Shown here piece by piece: positions 38,417 through 52,977 of a DNA stretch of 64,000 nucleotides (position 1 is its first letter; each line of letters begins with the position of its first letter). Location: contig JAHLWZ010000253.1 of NCBI GenBank assembly GCA_020536535.1, positions 1 through 64,000 on the forward strand. Reading direction: 5' to 3'. Both the position numbers and the translations under genes were made by a program. This DNA comes from Pelomyxa schiedti (Eukaryota; Protista; Evosea). Under the pieces are notes generated by a model, which had not been told where the DNA came from, did not search any database, and worked only from the letters and a program-made list of their open reading frames with translations.

Positions 38417-38960
38417 ATTTTTTTAGTGGAATGGCGAAACCAAATCAGCCCTAGTTGCCTGGACTTGGTTGTTGTTGTTCGGTTTTGGGGTTTTTTTTTT
38501 TGGTTTTGTTTTGGGTTTTTTTTTGTGTGCTCCTTGTACCCTCCTCGTCCCCTTTGCTTACTTTTTGGTGGTGGTAGATTGCTTGTGGCCTGGGGACGTC
38601 GTAAGCGAAAATAAAAGGCGATACGGAAACGAGGATGGTGTGATGTATTATCTCTCTTTTATGTTTTATCGGGTGTTTACAAGATGGTGGCGAAAGCGAC
38701 GATGAGCGGAAACCGGAGATGGTTTAGTGTTAACTGTTAAGGAAAAACTTCTATCGTTCCACGTGGAAGGGCCTATTTTTAGCGATTTCACAAACATCAT
38801 TTGGGGGGAAAGCCTACTGCGATCTCATCAAGTGGGCACCCTCTGAGTACAAACACTTGTACCTTCTACAAGTACTACGTAGGCACCTTGTGGCGAACAC
38901 TCTCTTTCAATTCACTGAGGGGCTGCTTGACTGAGAATTTCGGTCAAATTTAAATTTCCA

Positions 38961-39919
38961 ATGGCGTCGTTGGATCAGCTCAGAGACGGTACATAGCGGG
39001 TGTTTTTCCCCTGCGTTCTCATTCGAATTTAGTGCTGCGGGAGTCATTAGAAACAAAAGGGGTTTTGGGCAAAGTTCGTGCCGAATTGAGGGCAGAAATT
39101 TATCATACTTTGGAGGACCAGGTTTGCTTTCATTTCATTTCATTTCTTGTTGGACTTGTTGGGTTCATCTCATGTTTGGAATGGCGCAATTTTGCAGAAC
39201 ACGGCAAAGCCTGAACCCCCAAAAGAAAACTACTTTATTAATGAGCTCATAAGGGAGTATCTTATGTACAATAATCTCAAACACACTGCTTCTGTATTTG
39301 TGGCTGGTATTCTTTTCCCCCTTTTGCCACGCCAATAGTGATACAACTCTACCTTTTTCCCCTGCAAAGAAAGCGGACTTCCACCCAACCAGCAACTACC
39401 ACACAGCATCCTTAGTAGTGAGATGGGACTGGACTCCGAAGCGACTCACGACTTGTGTAGTTTTTTAATAATATACTATGAATTCAAATAATTAAACCTG
39501 CTTTCCTATTCTCTTCATCTAAGACAAGAAAAAGGCCGCTGTTGTACAGTATTATTGGCGGTCTAAGACTTCAAAAACAGGCTGAAGAAGGCACACCTGT
39601 TTCTGACAATACCTTTACAAGAGCCCTTTCGCAACAAGCACCACCTCAACCAGTTCCACCCCCACCACACCCACAGCAACAAGCAACAACAGTACACCAA
39701 AACCAGACCACCAAAGCTACACCCAATCCCAATACAGCACCCAAGAATAGCCCCAACCCAGCCCCAAACAGAGCCACAAATAGCACAACAAACACCACTG
39801 CCAAACCCACAAGCTTACCCAATTCTCCTAGGACAACAACACTTGCAAATAGCCCCTCTTCTCCGCGTACACAAACAAACCGGAACACAACCACAAGGAC
39901 GCAGCCAAACAAGTTCTAA
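38961..39919 (+). CDS. CEP20: FOR20/FOPNL LisH-domain centriolar protein with P/T/N-rich tail
   Basis: MASLDQLRDVLRESLETKGVLGKVRAELRAEIYHTLED..ENYFINELIREYLMYNNLKHTASVFVAESG..RPLLYSII. Confidence 0.88.
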
Positions 39920-40088
39920 TTTCTATCCGAACTGCAACTGCACTTTGGAGGGAAAAAAAAGAGACCAAGGAACAGATTACCGGACATGATCCTTCCGAGA
40001 TCCTAAAAGAAAAAATCACAAAAAAAAAAATCAAGAAACAACACGTGTTTATACAGCAACAAGCGACACCAACAAATAAACAAACAAG

Positions 40089-41208
40089 ATGTGCGATACA
40101 ACAAACTCTGAAGTGACACAATCAACAACTACAACGGATGCCACAACCACGACGCCGAAATGTGCGGCACCAACTGTGGATGCTGCCAAATCGGCTTCGA
40201 CTGGAAATGACAAATCTGTTTCCGCATCGCCGCCTCCGACGAGAACGGCGGCGACGGCAGAGGACACACCCCCTCCGGCACCAACAAGTGTGAATTCAAC
40301 TAAATCTGAGGCACAGCAGCAGCAAAAATCAGCCAAGGCATCACATTCACCAACACGACAAACGACGGCCCCTGCTGACGTGAAGTTGGCAGCGGTATCG
40401 CCTACTGCACAGTTAGCTCCAAAACACAAGCTGCAAAATAAGTGGTCTTTGTGGTATGACACACGATGTGACACACAAAGAAGGCAGGATGCCTGGTGAG
40501 GACTTTCCCTTTGGCATTTCTCGTAATGAGTGTCAGTGAGACAATTTCAGTCTTCCTTTTTACCTCATATTTAGGGGTGGAGGTTTGCGTAAATTGATAG
40601 ATTTTGAGTTTGCAGAAGACTTTTGGGGGTGCGTGCCTCCCTTCCTCAAGTCTCACTCACTTGACACAGAATTTTCAAACAACTGTTACCAGCTAGCAAA
40701 GTAGTGTCAGGTACCGATTATCACATGTTCAAAGCAGGAATCGAGCCCAGATGGGAAGACCCGGCCAACACTCAAGGAGGAAAATGGAGTTTGTCAGTGC
40801 CTAAACGCCAACCTAATGCCACCCGCGGTCCTCCTTCAATCGACGATCTGTGGTTAACCACAGTGTGCAACCCATCCCTTGTATTTTACGACCTCACCAT
40901 TTCACAGCTTTTGGGTTGCATTGGAGAACAATTTGGGCAAGATTCTGATGAGATATGCGGTGTGGTTGTTAGCATCCGAAAGCCTGCAGATAGAATTTGT
41001 CTATGGATGCGGGACAATTCCAATGAAACAGCAGTTGTAGCAGCGGGGTGAGTTTAATCTCCTTCCAAGTCTGTGCCACTTATCGGACCTCACAAACAGG
41101 GCTGCATTTCGTCAATTACTAGGAGTGCCCGATGTTATAAAAACTTCGTACCAGTTTCACAGTGAATCAATAAAAAGAAATCTCACAGCAAGCAGAGGCA
41201 ACCCTTGA
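40089..41208 (+). CDS. EIF4E: Translation initiation factor eIF4E (class I)
   Basis: HKLQNKWSLWYD, EDFW, DYHMFKAGIEPRWEDPANTQGGKW, LGCIGEQF, ICGVVVSIRKPADRICLW; all eight conserved Trp positions identifiable. Confidence 0.95.
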
Positions 41209-41270
41209 CACACAATTTTGGCACAGAAATTACAACAAACAAAAAAAAAAAAAAAAAAAAACATTTTCAA

Positions 41271-44200
41271 TCAACTTTTTCCTCCTCCCCTTGCTCCTCC
41301 CCCTCTTACTCCCCCACCCCCGCCTCTATGCCCGCCTCCACTTGGGCCTCCCCCTCTTTCTGCCCCACCGCCCCTCCTTCCTCTTCCCCGGCCCCTGCCC
41401 CTCCGCCCTCTGCCTCCCCTGCCTCTCCCTCTCCCTCCTCCCCTGCCGCCTGGCTTGAACCGTATGTGGCTGTGCCCACAGAGCTGCCCCATTGTCTCGT
41501 CACAGTAGACGCAGGCCGTGAGGCTCTGGGCTCCATCGGGGAGCGGTGAGGTCTTCCCAAAAGTCATCGTGATGGGCGTTGCGCCGCACGTGTCGCAGTC
41601 TTCGTCCTCGAGTGTCACTTCTAACAAGGGGGGGAGAAGAGGGTCCAAAGTTAAGCTACTTGTTCAACTGGTCAACCCCAAAAAGAAGCCGTAACTTATG
41701 CTGGGTAATACACACTTTTGGCGGTATCAGGAAAGCGGAGAAGAAAAGCGCAGCGGTTGCATGAAGCTGATGCCTTTGGGGGCACAGATGGGTCTAGTAT
41801 TAGAACGCCGGTGTCACACTCGGGACAATGTGATATAGTCTTGGAAGAAAAGGAATGAACACATGCTGGGTGAGTGCAGTTATTGCAGCCGCTGTCTGTG
41901 TGCGTTTGTGGAGGGTTAGTGATGCAATGAATGTTGGTGGGCTGGGATTAGTAGTACACATACTTTTTTTCATGTCTGGGAGTGTGGGGTAGTTGTAGCA
42001 ATATGGACACAGCGAAAAGCATTTCCCCCCCACGTTGGTGAACAAAGTAAGCCCAAAATTATCAAGAGGACACAGGTGGCCTTCATATTCCTGACAGGGC
42101 TAGTTGAGAGGATTTTCTAGGCTAATCTAACCTTGATAGAGCCATTCTGAGGTAAAGAATAAGTATCCTCGCAGTTCATGCAGTAAAGGCGGCTTGGTCT
42201 GGTTTTTTGTGTTGATAAGCATGAAAAAGAGGGGCAATTGCGTACTTGCAAGGCAGGTACTTCAAGTACCGCCTGCACTTTCCACATTTCGTTAAGAGTT
42301 TTCCTTTGGTTGAAGCTACATTGCTAAACGATGCCTCGAATAGCTGGTCCATATGCTCGATCTGAAGAAGTAAGCTGAGTTTTTTGCCGACGGGGCAGAA
42401 CACCTTATGAGAGAAGAACATAAACTTCGCGGTAAATTGTTCGATGGCATGTCTTACAACTATGCCGTACTCTGCTTCCCCTTTAGCAATCAAGCTGATA
42501 TTTTGTTCTATATTGGCCCGTACACTGCAAGAACATAAGATGTTTTCGAAGTAATTATGGGCCTACGTGGGAAGTACAAGGTCACTGTCAATTTTATCTA
42601 GTGATTTTAGAGTCACTAAGGAGTAAAGAGGTGGGTGTACGGTATCCATGGACAAGGGCTATCCCAAGTTTGGTTGGAACAAGTGTTCTGTTAGCTCCAA
42701 CTCTCGCGAAATTACGTTCACAAATATTGTTGATATGAAGGGGAATGCTGGCATCTGTCGAAATTGGTGTGTAGGAAAGAAGATTGGAATTGCACACCTG
42801 TCCCAATTCCAAATTTTTCCATCTAAGCTATATGTGAGATGGAAAAATCATTAACTGTTGATGAAACCAAAGTGATAAGCTCCGATTCAGTCAAATGGGT
42901 TGGTGCCACAGTTTGGGACTGTTGAAGTTGCACTTCTTTTACAGGTACTTGTTTTGCAGCAGAAAGGTCAGGTAAGTCATCCCCCTAATCCAGTCAAAAT
43001 TGAAGCTGTTATGGTACCTTACAGTGACGGCAAGCCAAGGCATGACGGTAACAAACCCCTGGGATGCAACAGATGTGCCTTGTGTACAGTTATTGTCATT
43101 TGAGGTAGCAATTCACTACTTGAGCATGAAAAGAACTCGTCTCCAATGGAAAAAACAGCTTTGGATTTTTTAATAATGCAATCTGCACTCACTGTAGCAA
43201 TGAAATGCTGATTTAACAAAATGAGATTAATAGAAGGAATTCGTTTCACAAACTCTTGCTATATACTCATACAGACACCACTCCTCTTCACCGAGACGGT
43301 CCTCAGTGGCTGAAGCCATAGGCGTACTGGAGGAGCGTGATGACACGACAATACCTTTCAGGGGGTACATACATAGGAGGGTGATCACCTGGCACGGGAA
43401 AGTAAATAAATACATTTTAGAAAATGTACAATACCTGCATCAACACCAGATTGAGGGACATTAAGTCCTTGTTTCAAAAGGTTGCTCACATATGTGCCCC
43501 TTTTCGATTTTAGATGCATTGAAGTCCCTTGCTGACACACCACACAGGATTATTTTTTTGTGTTTTCAGAGTCCCTCTCAGATCAAAATTTGGGGAGTAT
43601 TTTGAACTCTCAGTGCGGGGGTAGCTTATAAATCCTTGTATGTACCTGTAATAATGTTATTGGAAAGCAAGTGAGAGGAGGTAGGAAATACAGATGCTCA
43701 GCAATGTTCATTGTGTGGTGAGGGCTCATGTGTAACTGCCTCGAGGCAATTTTGAGCAATTCAACTGCAGGTTTTTTAAAAAAGAGAGATTGTGTATAAG
43801 TGGACCTGTATTAAGAGGGAGTGGGCGCTTTTTCCTAGACTCTGATGTGTTGAACGATTGTAATCTGTGGTATGGTGACACAGAAGTATGGCCAATGCGT
43901 GGAATATTTACAAAGCGACTTTAGAACGAGTCACCAATGATTCAAATAGAGAGGCTTGAATCGTTGATCAACATGAGGAAGTAGGATTTGAGTTGATACC
44001 ACAGTCTTTATCAAACATCCTCTTCCGAGCCCACTTCAATTTCATTGTTTTTCCGTGATATTCTAGTACTGGAACTATTGTCCAAAAAGGTTGTGGCATA
44101 AAGGACTGGATTTCATCATGTCGGTCCACACAAAAGTTTAGGCTGGAACTATTAATTTTTCAATCCAAAATGAAAGACATACGTAGGTGTCTGGCAGGGT

Positions 44201-45142
44201 CCATAGGAGATCAATGAAGAATCAAGGTTTCCATATTTGCCCTGGAAGTACCGTGTCTGAAATCTGGTAAAGGCCACACCAACCTTGAACATTTCAGAGT
44301 GAGGCAGAAGGTAATGAAGCAACCCTCAAATCCAATTCCTGCCGTGCATCAACTGACCGTGCTTCATTTTCATTAGGTTCACCCAATGTACTCATAGCCT
44401 TGACAATATCTGGTGCTGTAATAGCTTTTTTGAAGGGTAAGTATTACTACACTAAAGGGGTAACAGTACAGGAAAATTTAGCTCGCAGAATTCTTGGGTG
44501 GCTCATTTTTGGCATAGCACATTCTATGACTTCGAAACAAATGTTCTCACCTTCTCTTGATGCACTTTAATCACTGATATGCAAAGACAATTTCCTTATA
44601 CCTATCACAATCTAGCCACAATACAAGAGCTGTTGCTCCCTTTGCCTCTTTCCTTAAATGCTTGACAAGATTTGATTTTGGATTTGCTTCCACCTTTCGT
44701 GTGGGTGCTGAAAATAGAGATGCAGGATCAGTAGTGCTCCAATTTTGGTAGTCAGGTGGAAAGTCAGTGCTACACATTGTGTGTTTGTTATAAGAAAATG
44801 GTTTGATAATGCATCAAAAGCCAATGCTACAATAATCCTCTTGCTTTTATACCACAAAAAAAAAAAAACAAAAAAGTTACAAAAGAGAGGGGTGTCACTT
44901 GAACACGTGACCGGCAACAGATGTCATTTTGAAGAAGGCATTTCTTCCCATAAATGAACCGTGGTACTCGTGCACGAGGCAGCTCCCCGACACTCCCCGC
45001 CGTGCCACAGCCTGACGTGACGGTTTAGCTGTAAATGAACTTACCCACCCATCTAATTTACCGTGTTGTGGGACAGTATCGTCGCAATGGACTGGGCCAA
45101 CATGGGCTTCTCAGCCACCATGAGCACGACATCAGACGACAT
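41271..45142 (-). CDS. TOP3B: DNA topoisomerase III beta
   Basis: [33 protein letters not shown], active-site [26 protein letters not shown]-terminal Zn fingers ([16 protein letters not shown]) and RGG box. Confidence 0.96.
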
Positions 45143-45339
45143 TCCAACACTTTTACGGCTCTCTGAACTGAGGAGCTGACTTTTCCCAGGATAAGTGGAA
45201 TGCCACCCATAAGAACCCAGAACCTCCAACTTTCAGCAATCGTGGGATACTGCGAGGAGGCTCAGCAGATTCCCAGAAACTGAGGAAAAGGAAAATAATG
45301 ACAACGTGGGCAACCACGAGTACCCGAAACGTAGTATGA

Positions 45340-46097
<758 letters not shown>

Positions 46098-46240
46098 ATG
46101 AACTGAGAGGGAAAAGAATCACATCACAGACACGTTGTGCAGTAGAAATGTAAAATGGCAACTGTAAAAACAATAAATCTACATCTGTATTTCGTCGACT
46201 CTATGAGATCTTTTGATCAATTTTCACCAAACAAGCGCAG

Positions 46241-48596
46241 ATGGCATCGACAACAAACGGTCTCGTTCTTGCTCGCGACAAATTGGACGAAGCCCGGCGC
46301 ATCATGATGATCTCGCAGTCGGTGTGGCCGCCGATCGTCGCGTGGTTGCGGCGGAAGCGGCGCCCACTTCGGCGAGACCACGCGGTCTGGGTGCTCGGCG
46401 TGGCCGAGGCTCTGTTCCCCCTCGTCCCCGTCGCGTGCCGCGAGGTCCTCGCGGCGCCCATCCAGGTCGGCCTCGTGAGGACACTGTCCCAGCACGGGTC
46501 GCGGTACGCCCTGCTGATGAACGCGGCGATGGCCGGGGACGGAGACATGAGGTGCGTGAGGTGGGCCCTGCAGCACAAGGCGACGCGGAACATCGAGAAG
46601 GAGTGCCTGGCGGTGCTGTGGGGCCTGTGCGGCGCCGGCCGCCTCCCACTCGCCCAGGAGCTCACCGGTGGTGGTGGCGGCGGTGGCGGCGGCGATGGGG
46701 CGGAGGGAGCAGGAGAGAGTCCGGGTGGGTGGAGGGGAACTGGGCTGGTGTGGCCGCGCGATGGTGATTGCTGGGAGGAGTGCTGGGCGAGGGACAGGCC
46801 CGTCCACTTTGTCCGTTGGCGCGGAGCTGAGGTCCTGGATACGGGCGGATGCGAGATAACAAAGAAAAACGTTGCTCACCACTGTTGCTCGGCAGGGGAG
46901 TGCCGTCTCTATGCACTGAGAAATTCGGCGTTGTCAGTCGAAGATGAGGGCAATTCTCTACTGTCGGAGATTTGCCGTGGGGGCTCCCTTGATACAGCAA
47001 AGTGGGCAGTTTCAAGGTTTCAGATCAGAGACCAGTTTGAGTTTGCCACTCCTTTTTGTTGTGCACTTTCCGGAGGTCACCTTGAGCTCGCTCAGTGGCT
47101 GTGCACCACGCACTTTGACGTGATGTCGATGAAGGATCATTTGTGCTTTAACAGGCAATTCCCGATTTATCAACGCGCTGGAGAGAGTGGAAGCATGCCT
47201 CTGGTGAAATGGTTTGTTGGAGAATTCCATGTGGATAACCCAAAGGCCCTTCTCTTCGGTTTCATGTCAAGCAAGAAGAAGACACCAGTGAATGAATTTG
47301 TTGAAGGGATTGAGTGGCTTCAAGCCAAGTTCTCCTTGTCTTTGAAAGCGATTCAGCACTGTGCCTTTGATGCAATGCAGTATCAGCCGAATTTCTTTCG
47401 CAGGCTGTCTCTGTTGGAGCGGTACTTCATGGACACAATATTTGATGAGGAAAAACTGTCCCGCTTATTCTCCCCAGACATCGATGTGGGGTTAATGAAA
47501 TGGATGCTGGGGAAGGGGTTCAAGATTGCGCCGGAACACTTCCTCCAGGCATGTGGGAACAGGAAGGAGGACAGTGTCGGAGTTCTCATGTTGATGTCAC
47601 AAATGATCAGTCTTGCCGAAATTGACGTCGAGGAAGCTCTGATCAGTGCAGTTGCATCCAACAACCCTGGGATTGCAGAATGGATTGACACAAGGTTCCA
47701 GGTGATGAACAAAGTGAATGCAAATGCCATCAATACAAACGCTACATTCATGGCCCTGTTTGATCACATTAACGACCAGGCAAGGAAATACTGGCTTGAG
47801 GAATACAATTGCTTGGATGGAGTGCTGTGGTTCTTGCAACACCTAAGAACACAAAACATTGAGGAGTGTTCTGTGGCAGAAGTACTTGAGGTTGCGCTGC
47901 CCTTTGAAGGAGTTGCTTTGGCTCTGCTCAAGTGTTTTCGTCTCCCTTTTGACAATCACAAGTCCATATGGGAAAGATGCCTCGATCTCTTTGATGATTT
48001 AGCAGACACCAAGGAGCTTATCTCACTGGGGAACTTCACCCAAGAAGACATCACCAGCCATCTTTCAACTGTGAGTGACTCATCCAAAACTGTCAAGTGG
48101 TTGATCCAGGAGTTTCACTTATCTGAGGACCAAGTCAAATCACACAACAACGAATTGTTGCATTTCCTGATACTGTCCAGCAAAACCATGTGTGCAGAGT
48201 GGTTGATTCGCACATTCCACATCACACTGGATGAGGTGAGCCGCAACACTGAAATGCTTCCTTTTTGACTCAAACCACAACCAAAAACCGCAACAGGTTC
48301 TAAAGATTTGGGTGAATGCACCAAAGGAAGTAGAGTACTGTGACTACAGGAAGCTGTCAACGTGGAGAATGCTGCTGAGGGTGTTCCCAGAGACAACTCT
48401 GTCGATGGTCAAAGAGAGGCTCATGGACATTGCCCTGGCTTCACCCTGTCACATCGAGTTCACGATGAGGAAGTTGGGGTTGACATTCGATGACATCATA
48501 CAACGCTGCCGCATGCGTGGCTCCCCAGGCCGCCTTGGGTTGCCCATCCAAATGTGGCTTTATGAGCACTGGCCAACACCATCTCACTCAACTTGA
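46241..48596 (+). CDS. Ankyrin-repeat-like hypothetical protein, 2 exons (intron 48236-48296)
   Basis: 675-codon first exon with degenerate ANK units (ICRGGSLDTAKWAV, ALSGGHLELAQWL, AGESGSMPLVKWFV, AVASNNPGIAEWI); in-frame second exon. Confidence 0.75.
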
Positions 48597-48988
48597 AATC
48601 CAATGCAAGTGTGCCGTGCTGTGTTGCAGTTTTGTTGGTTAAAAATCTACTTCCCAGTTGACTGAATAAAAAAAACCAGACTGGGCGATGACACGAAAAC
48701 GCGTTCCGGTCTGTTTGTGGATCGTCGGGGATGAGAGGAGATTGGAGCGGGGGAGAGGGAGGACGGGTTGGTCGAGGCGTACTCCCAGCTTCGCACCTTC
48801 AGTACCTTGCTCCATTGCCGTATCACCTTCCCCAGAAATTTCGTTTGACACGCAAAAAAAAAAAAACTTTTTTTCTGTGTGATTTTTTCCCAGTCCACAT
48901 AGTGAGGTGGGGGTGACACCAAATAGACCCTTACCTGACTTTCCCCATACAACAAGCTGCTTGTGCATTCAACTCCTTTGCGAGGAGA

Positions 48989-50257
48989 ATGGCTGTCTTT
49001 GTCCTCAATCCAATTTTTCAGCGAAGGCTCCTTGCAGCCACCAAGTTGTGCATCGACATGGCGTTGAGTGTAACCACGAGCGGGTCGGTGATGCGCATCA
49101 CGCTGTCTCGTCCCACAGCACACAACGTGCTCGACTTGGACGTTGTCACCTCGCTGGCCGCGGTGTTGCTTCCCCTGCAGGCCACAGGCAACCTGCCACC
49201 AAAATACAATGGCAACAAGCCAAGTGCCAGGCACAAACAGCAGCAACAACAACAACAACACGCCGAGTCCATACGCGCTGTTGTACTCGCCTCTCTGGGT
49301 CCGTCTTTCTGCGCAGGGGCGGACCTGCGTGCATTCGCACTGGGAGCACCATATAAACCCACCAGCGGGAACGAGGAAGGGTGCCGCGGGGGCACGGGCA
49401 GATGCACCAGTGCCAATGGTGGTAGCAAGAGCAAGATCAAGAGCAGCAGCAGCAGCAGCAGCTACGCAGGGGAGTTTGCGGCGGGCCTGTTTGGGGCACT
49501 GAGGGCGATAAGGGGGTGCAGGGTGCCTGTGATTGCGAGGGTGGACGGCAGGGCACTCGGGGGAGGGGCTGGAATCGTGGCCGCGTGTGATGTGGCAATG
49601 GTTACGAGGAGGTCATCCTTTGGATTCCCTGAGGTATGTTGTATCCCAATACTCCCAACTGTAACTGTGCCTGCACTTGCATGTGTGGTTTTGGCTAGCT
49701 TCTACCTATACATAGAAGCTAAGCAAATTTCTTATTATATTTATGTTCTATTACGACATACAGGCCGTAATGCACTCACTGCCTGAATTGGTTTGTGGGA
49801 AAAATAGATCTTCTCAGGACTTGTGCCAGCGGTTGTTTCACCATATGTAATGAGGAGGACTGGCCCAAAGTGGTGCTCATCAGCTTTTCTGCTTGGAAAA
49901 ACCTTTTCTTCTGAGGAAGCCCTTGCAGCAGGACTGGTGGATAATGTATGGCCAAGTACTGATGAGTTGGACTCGGCAGTAAACAAAGCTTGCCATGAAA
50001 TTTGCATAGCATCCCCAACTGCTGTTGCAGAAGCAAAGGTTTCACCAATTTCCTGGTCCATTTATCTTTTTAAAACAGTGCAACAGAAGATTATCTCCTA
50101 TGTTGAAGGGGAAGATGACAAACTGGATGCCGTGCAGAAGCACCTCTGTGTATCCCTGGAGACTGCAGTCAACTCACATGACGGCCAAGAAGGAATCACA
50201 GCTTTTCTCAATAAACAAAAGCCTGCGTGGAAGCAACACAACACCCACAATTCTTGA
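48989..50257 (+). CDS. Crotonase/enoyl-CoA hydratase, methylglutaconyl-CoA hydratase (LiuC)-like
   Basis: ITLSRPTAHNVLD, FCAGADL, PVIARVDGRALGGGAGIVAACD, FGFPE..GLVPAVVSPYV, EGITAFLNKQKPAW; Gly at the first catalytic Glu position as in LiuC-type enzymes. Confidence 0.88.
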
Positions 50258-50389
50258 GAAACCAACAAAGACCAAAATCCACAGCACTTAGTCCAGCCAC
50301 AACAACGGCCCGGTTTTTTTTTTTCCCCGTACGACAAGTGCTCATCATCACCATCTCGTATCTGCTATCGTAAATTAATTGCGCTGTGC

Positions 50390-52868
50390 ATGATGGTTGA
50401 ACCCACAACGGCGGCCGCCGAACAACGTCACCTCCACGCGCCAACTGACATCGATGTCGACGACGTTGGTGACTTAAATGTTGATAATTCTCGAGGTTTA
50501 CATGTGCTCTTTTTTTTTTTTCATTTCTTTATGTATTGTAGAGGAGGCAGAGGAACTTGAGCTTGTTGATATTGCTAAGGCGCACACGTGGTGCGTTTTT
50601 TTTTTTTTTTTTTCCCCAGTGAGATATATACTTTGCAAAAAAGGGCTGAAATGGTTCTGCAGTTGATCTCCACTAAGCAGAAGGAACTCTTGGATGCAAA
50701 AACGAGAGTGCATAGGCATATTCTTTTTCCTTTAGATAAGCTTAGCCAAAAATTAACAATCAAAACAGTGACCCTTGGGTTGTACAACAGCCGAAGGAGG
50801 ATGAAAGATATTCCCAACTCCGTGCTTTGATTTCAAAACTAACTGTATTCGCGAAAAAGTCAAATGTATGGGGCTAGGTTGAGTTTTCTTACCGCATCGC
50901 CTTCACCCAATAACCCTACCTGAAGACAACTCATCCTACTGAGAGCAATCACAATGGCACTGTGCCACACAAACCCATCCCTCATTTATTAGAACAAATA
51001 CAACATGGGGTATCATTCACATATTGTTTCCTACTTTACTTTTACCAACTTTTTCAGGCTATTCCCACCCACAAAATGCGTAACGAACTTTGTTTATCGC
51101 TTTATAAGAATATATCTACAAAACGATGCTACAGTGCAGTACACTGTGGTAGTATTATTGAACTCAAATTTTTATATGTGAATCAGCGGTATTTTTCCAA
51201 TGGTTTCTGCAATGTTTGACACAACAAGGCTTTACCTTGCAGGGTGTGGAACTGTACACGCTGGTATCCCACATGCAGACACTCCAACCGAGGCATTTTT
51301 GATTGACTTGCAAAAAGGTACACAATCACATTTTCACCACTATTTTCTGGGAGGCTCAACCAGCTGAGGAAATGGTTCCTAACAATACCAAGGTACTATC
51401 CGTGCTCTGCCACATGGACGTAGCACTGTTGCTGAAATAAGTATCAATTGCGATTCTTCCCTTATTTCAACTGCAGGGAATGATGGAACTATCAAAGTCA
51501 CATACAGCATTGAAAAAATCTTCTAATATTCTTCAAAAGGTGTGGTCAACAGTTTCCAGCACGTTGATGCCAACAGTGCTCGGAAAAGAAGCCCCCGGCT
51601 CGTCAGTGTTTTCCAAGCATTCTGGTCCTGTCTCCCGTATACTTTCACACCACACACACCAGCAGGTCTTGGTTTCTGCTGGGCTCCAGGATAATAAGTT
51701 TGTAGTTATTCTTCATACGTCTATGACACAAACACAGAGTAGCTCTTTGGGACATTTTTCATGGAGATTCTAAAGCTGTATATGATATAAAAACCTTGTA
51801 AGAGCTCTCATTGTTGTTGTTTCCTACTCCTAACAATGACAGTATATATGAAATGGGCTTTGGGTGTGATTCATTTTCCGAACACATGGTGGTTGCACAT
51901 GACACCTCAGTGCGTTTCACTCACCTTCAACTGCTGAATTAATATATAAAAAGAGCCATAACCCTAGCGCCAACGTGAAGATTTTGTGGACAGATGAAGA
52001 AGAAGCTGTGCGCGACAAGCGTACCACAACATGTGTAGGAATGTCAAAGACTTCTCCATCGTTTTTTCTTGGAGGAACCGATCAGAAAGCAATTATGTAC
52101 GACTTCAGATCTCTAAATAAATCAGCTGTCACGTTGTACGTTCCACATTCTGAGATCACTGCCGTTTCCTACAGGTCTAAAAGGAATTACTGCACCACCA
52201 ATTAACAGCACCAAAGCCCGTGTGAGAAGTACGTTGCAATATCAGGGGAGATGTACAACGTTGTTTCCATCTATGATGTAAGATTTCCCGCAAGGCCTGC
52301 TGCTCAAGCCGCCCATCAATGTATTAGGTTTCCACTTGTTTCTCATGTACACATACTTTGCAGTGTCACCAATGGATATACACCATCAATTCCGACGGTC
52401 TGCTCCCGATTCTCTTCCTCAAGGTGCAGCTCAACCCGTTTGGTCCCGAGCGGGACTTCTTTTCACTGGAGGAGAAGACTGCAAAGTACTTGGCACCTAT
52501 TTTTCTCTCTCCCTCACTTCCATAAGGTTTGCATATGGGATATTAGGCGAAGTCAGTTTCCCATCAACACTCTGGTTACCCACAAGGACGCAGTAACCGG
52601 GTTGGCCATAACAGACGATAACTGGAATATTCCGCCAGTTATTGCCTCTGGAGATGACATGTCCGGTCTGTGGGTTCATTCGGGAAATGGCAGTGGTAAC
52701 TTCTTTATCCTTTTTCTTTTCCCACTCCTTACTCCTTTATGTGTAGCTATTGCCCCTGGTGAAGACATGCCCCCTGTGCCCAGTCAAATGCCAAATGGTT
52801 TGTCTCATCCACCAATACCCGACTTATTATGGAACAGATCCGGACACAGAAACAGCAACTTCCTCTGA
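50390..52868 (+). CDS. WD40-repeat protein with DWD-like motifs (possible DCAF)
   Basis: ISTAGNDGTIKVW, VALWDI, AIMYDFR, VSIYDVR, LFTGGEDCKVCIWDIR. Confidence 0.8.
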
Positions 52869-52977
52869 TACTGACACTGAAGCGGAATAAATGAATGTTT
52901 TTCTTAGGAAATAATATAAAAAATTTTGCATTTTTGGGTTATAACTCTGCTAGTAGCATAATATCAGTCTGGTGTAA

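Noticed and set aside
32403-45142. Functional cluster of mRNA-cap/mRNA factors (CBP20, eIF4E, TOP3B)
   Set aside because: Interspersed with unrelated genes; no evidence beyond chance proximity
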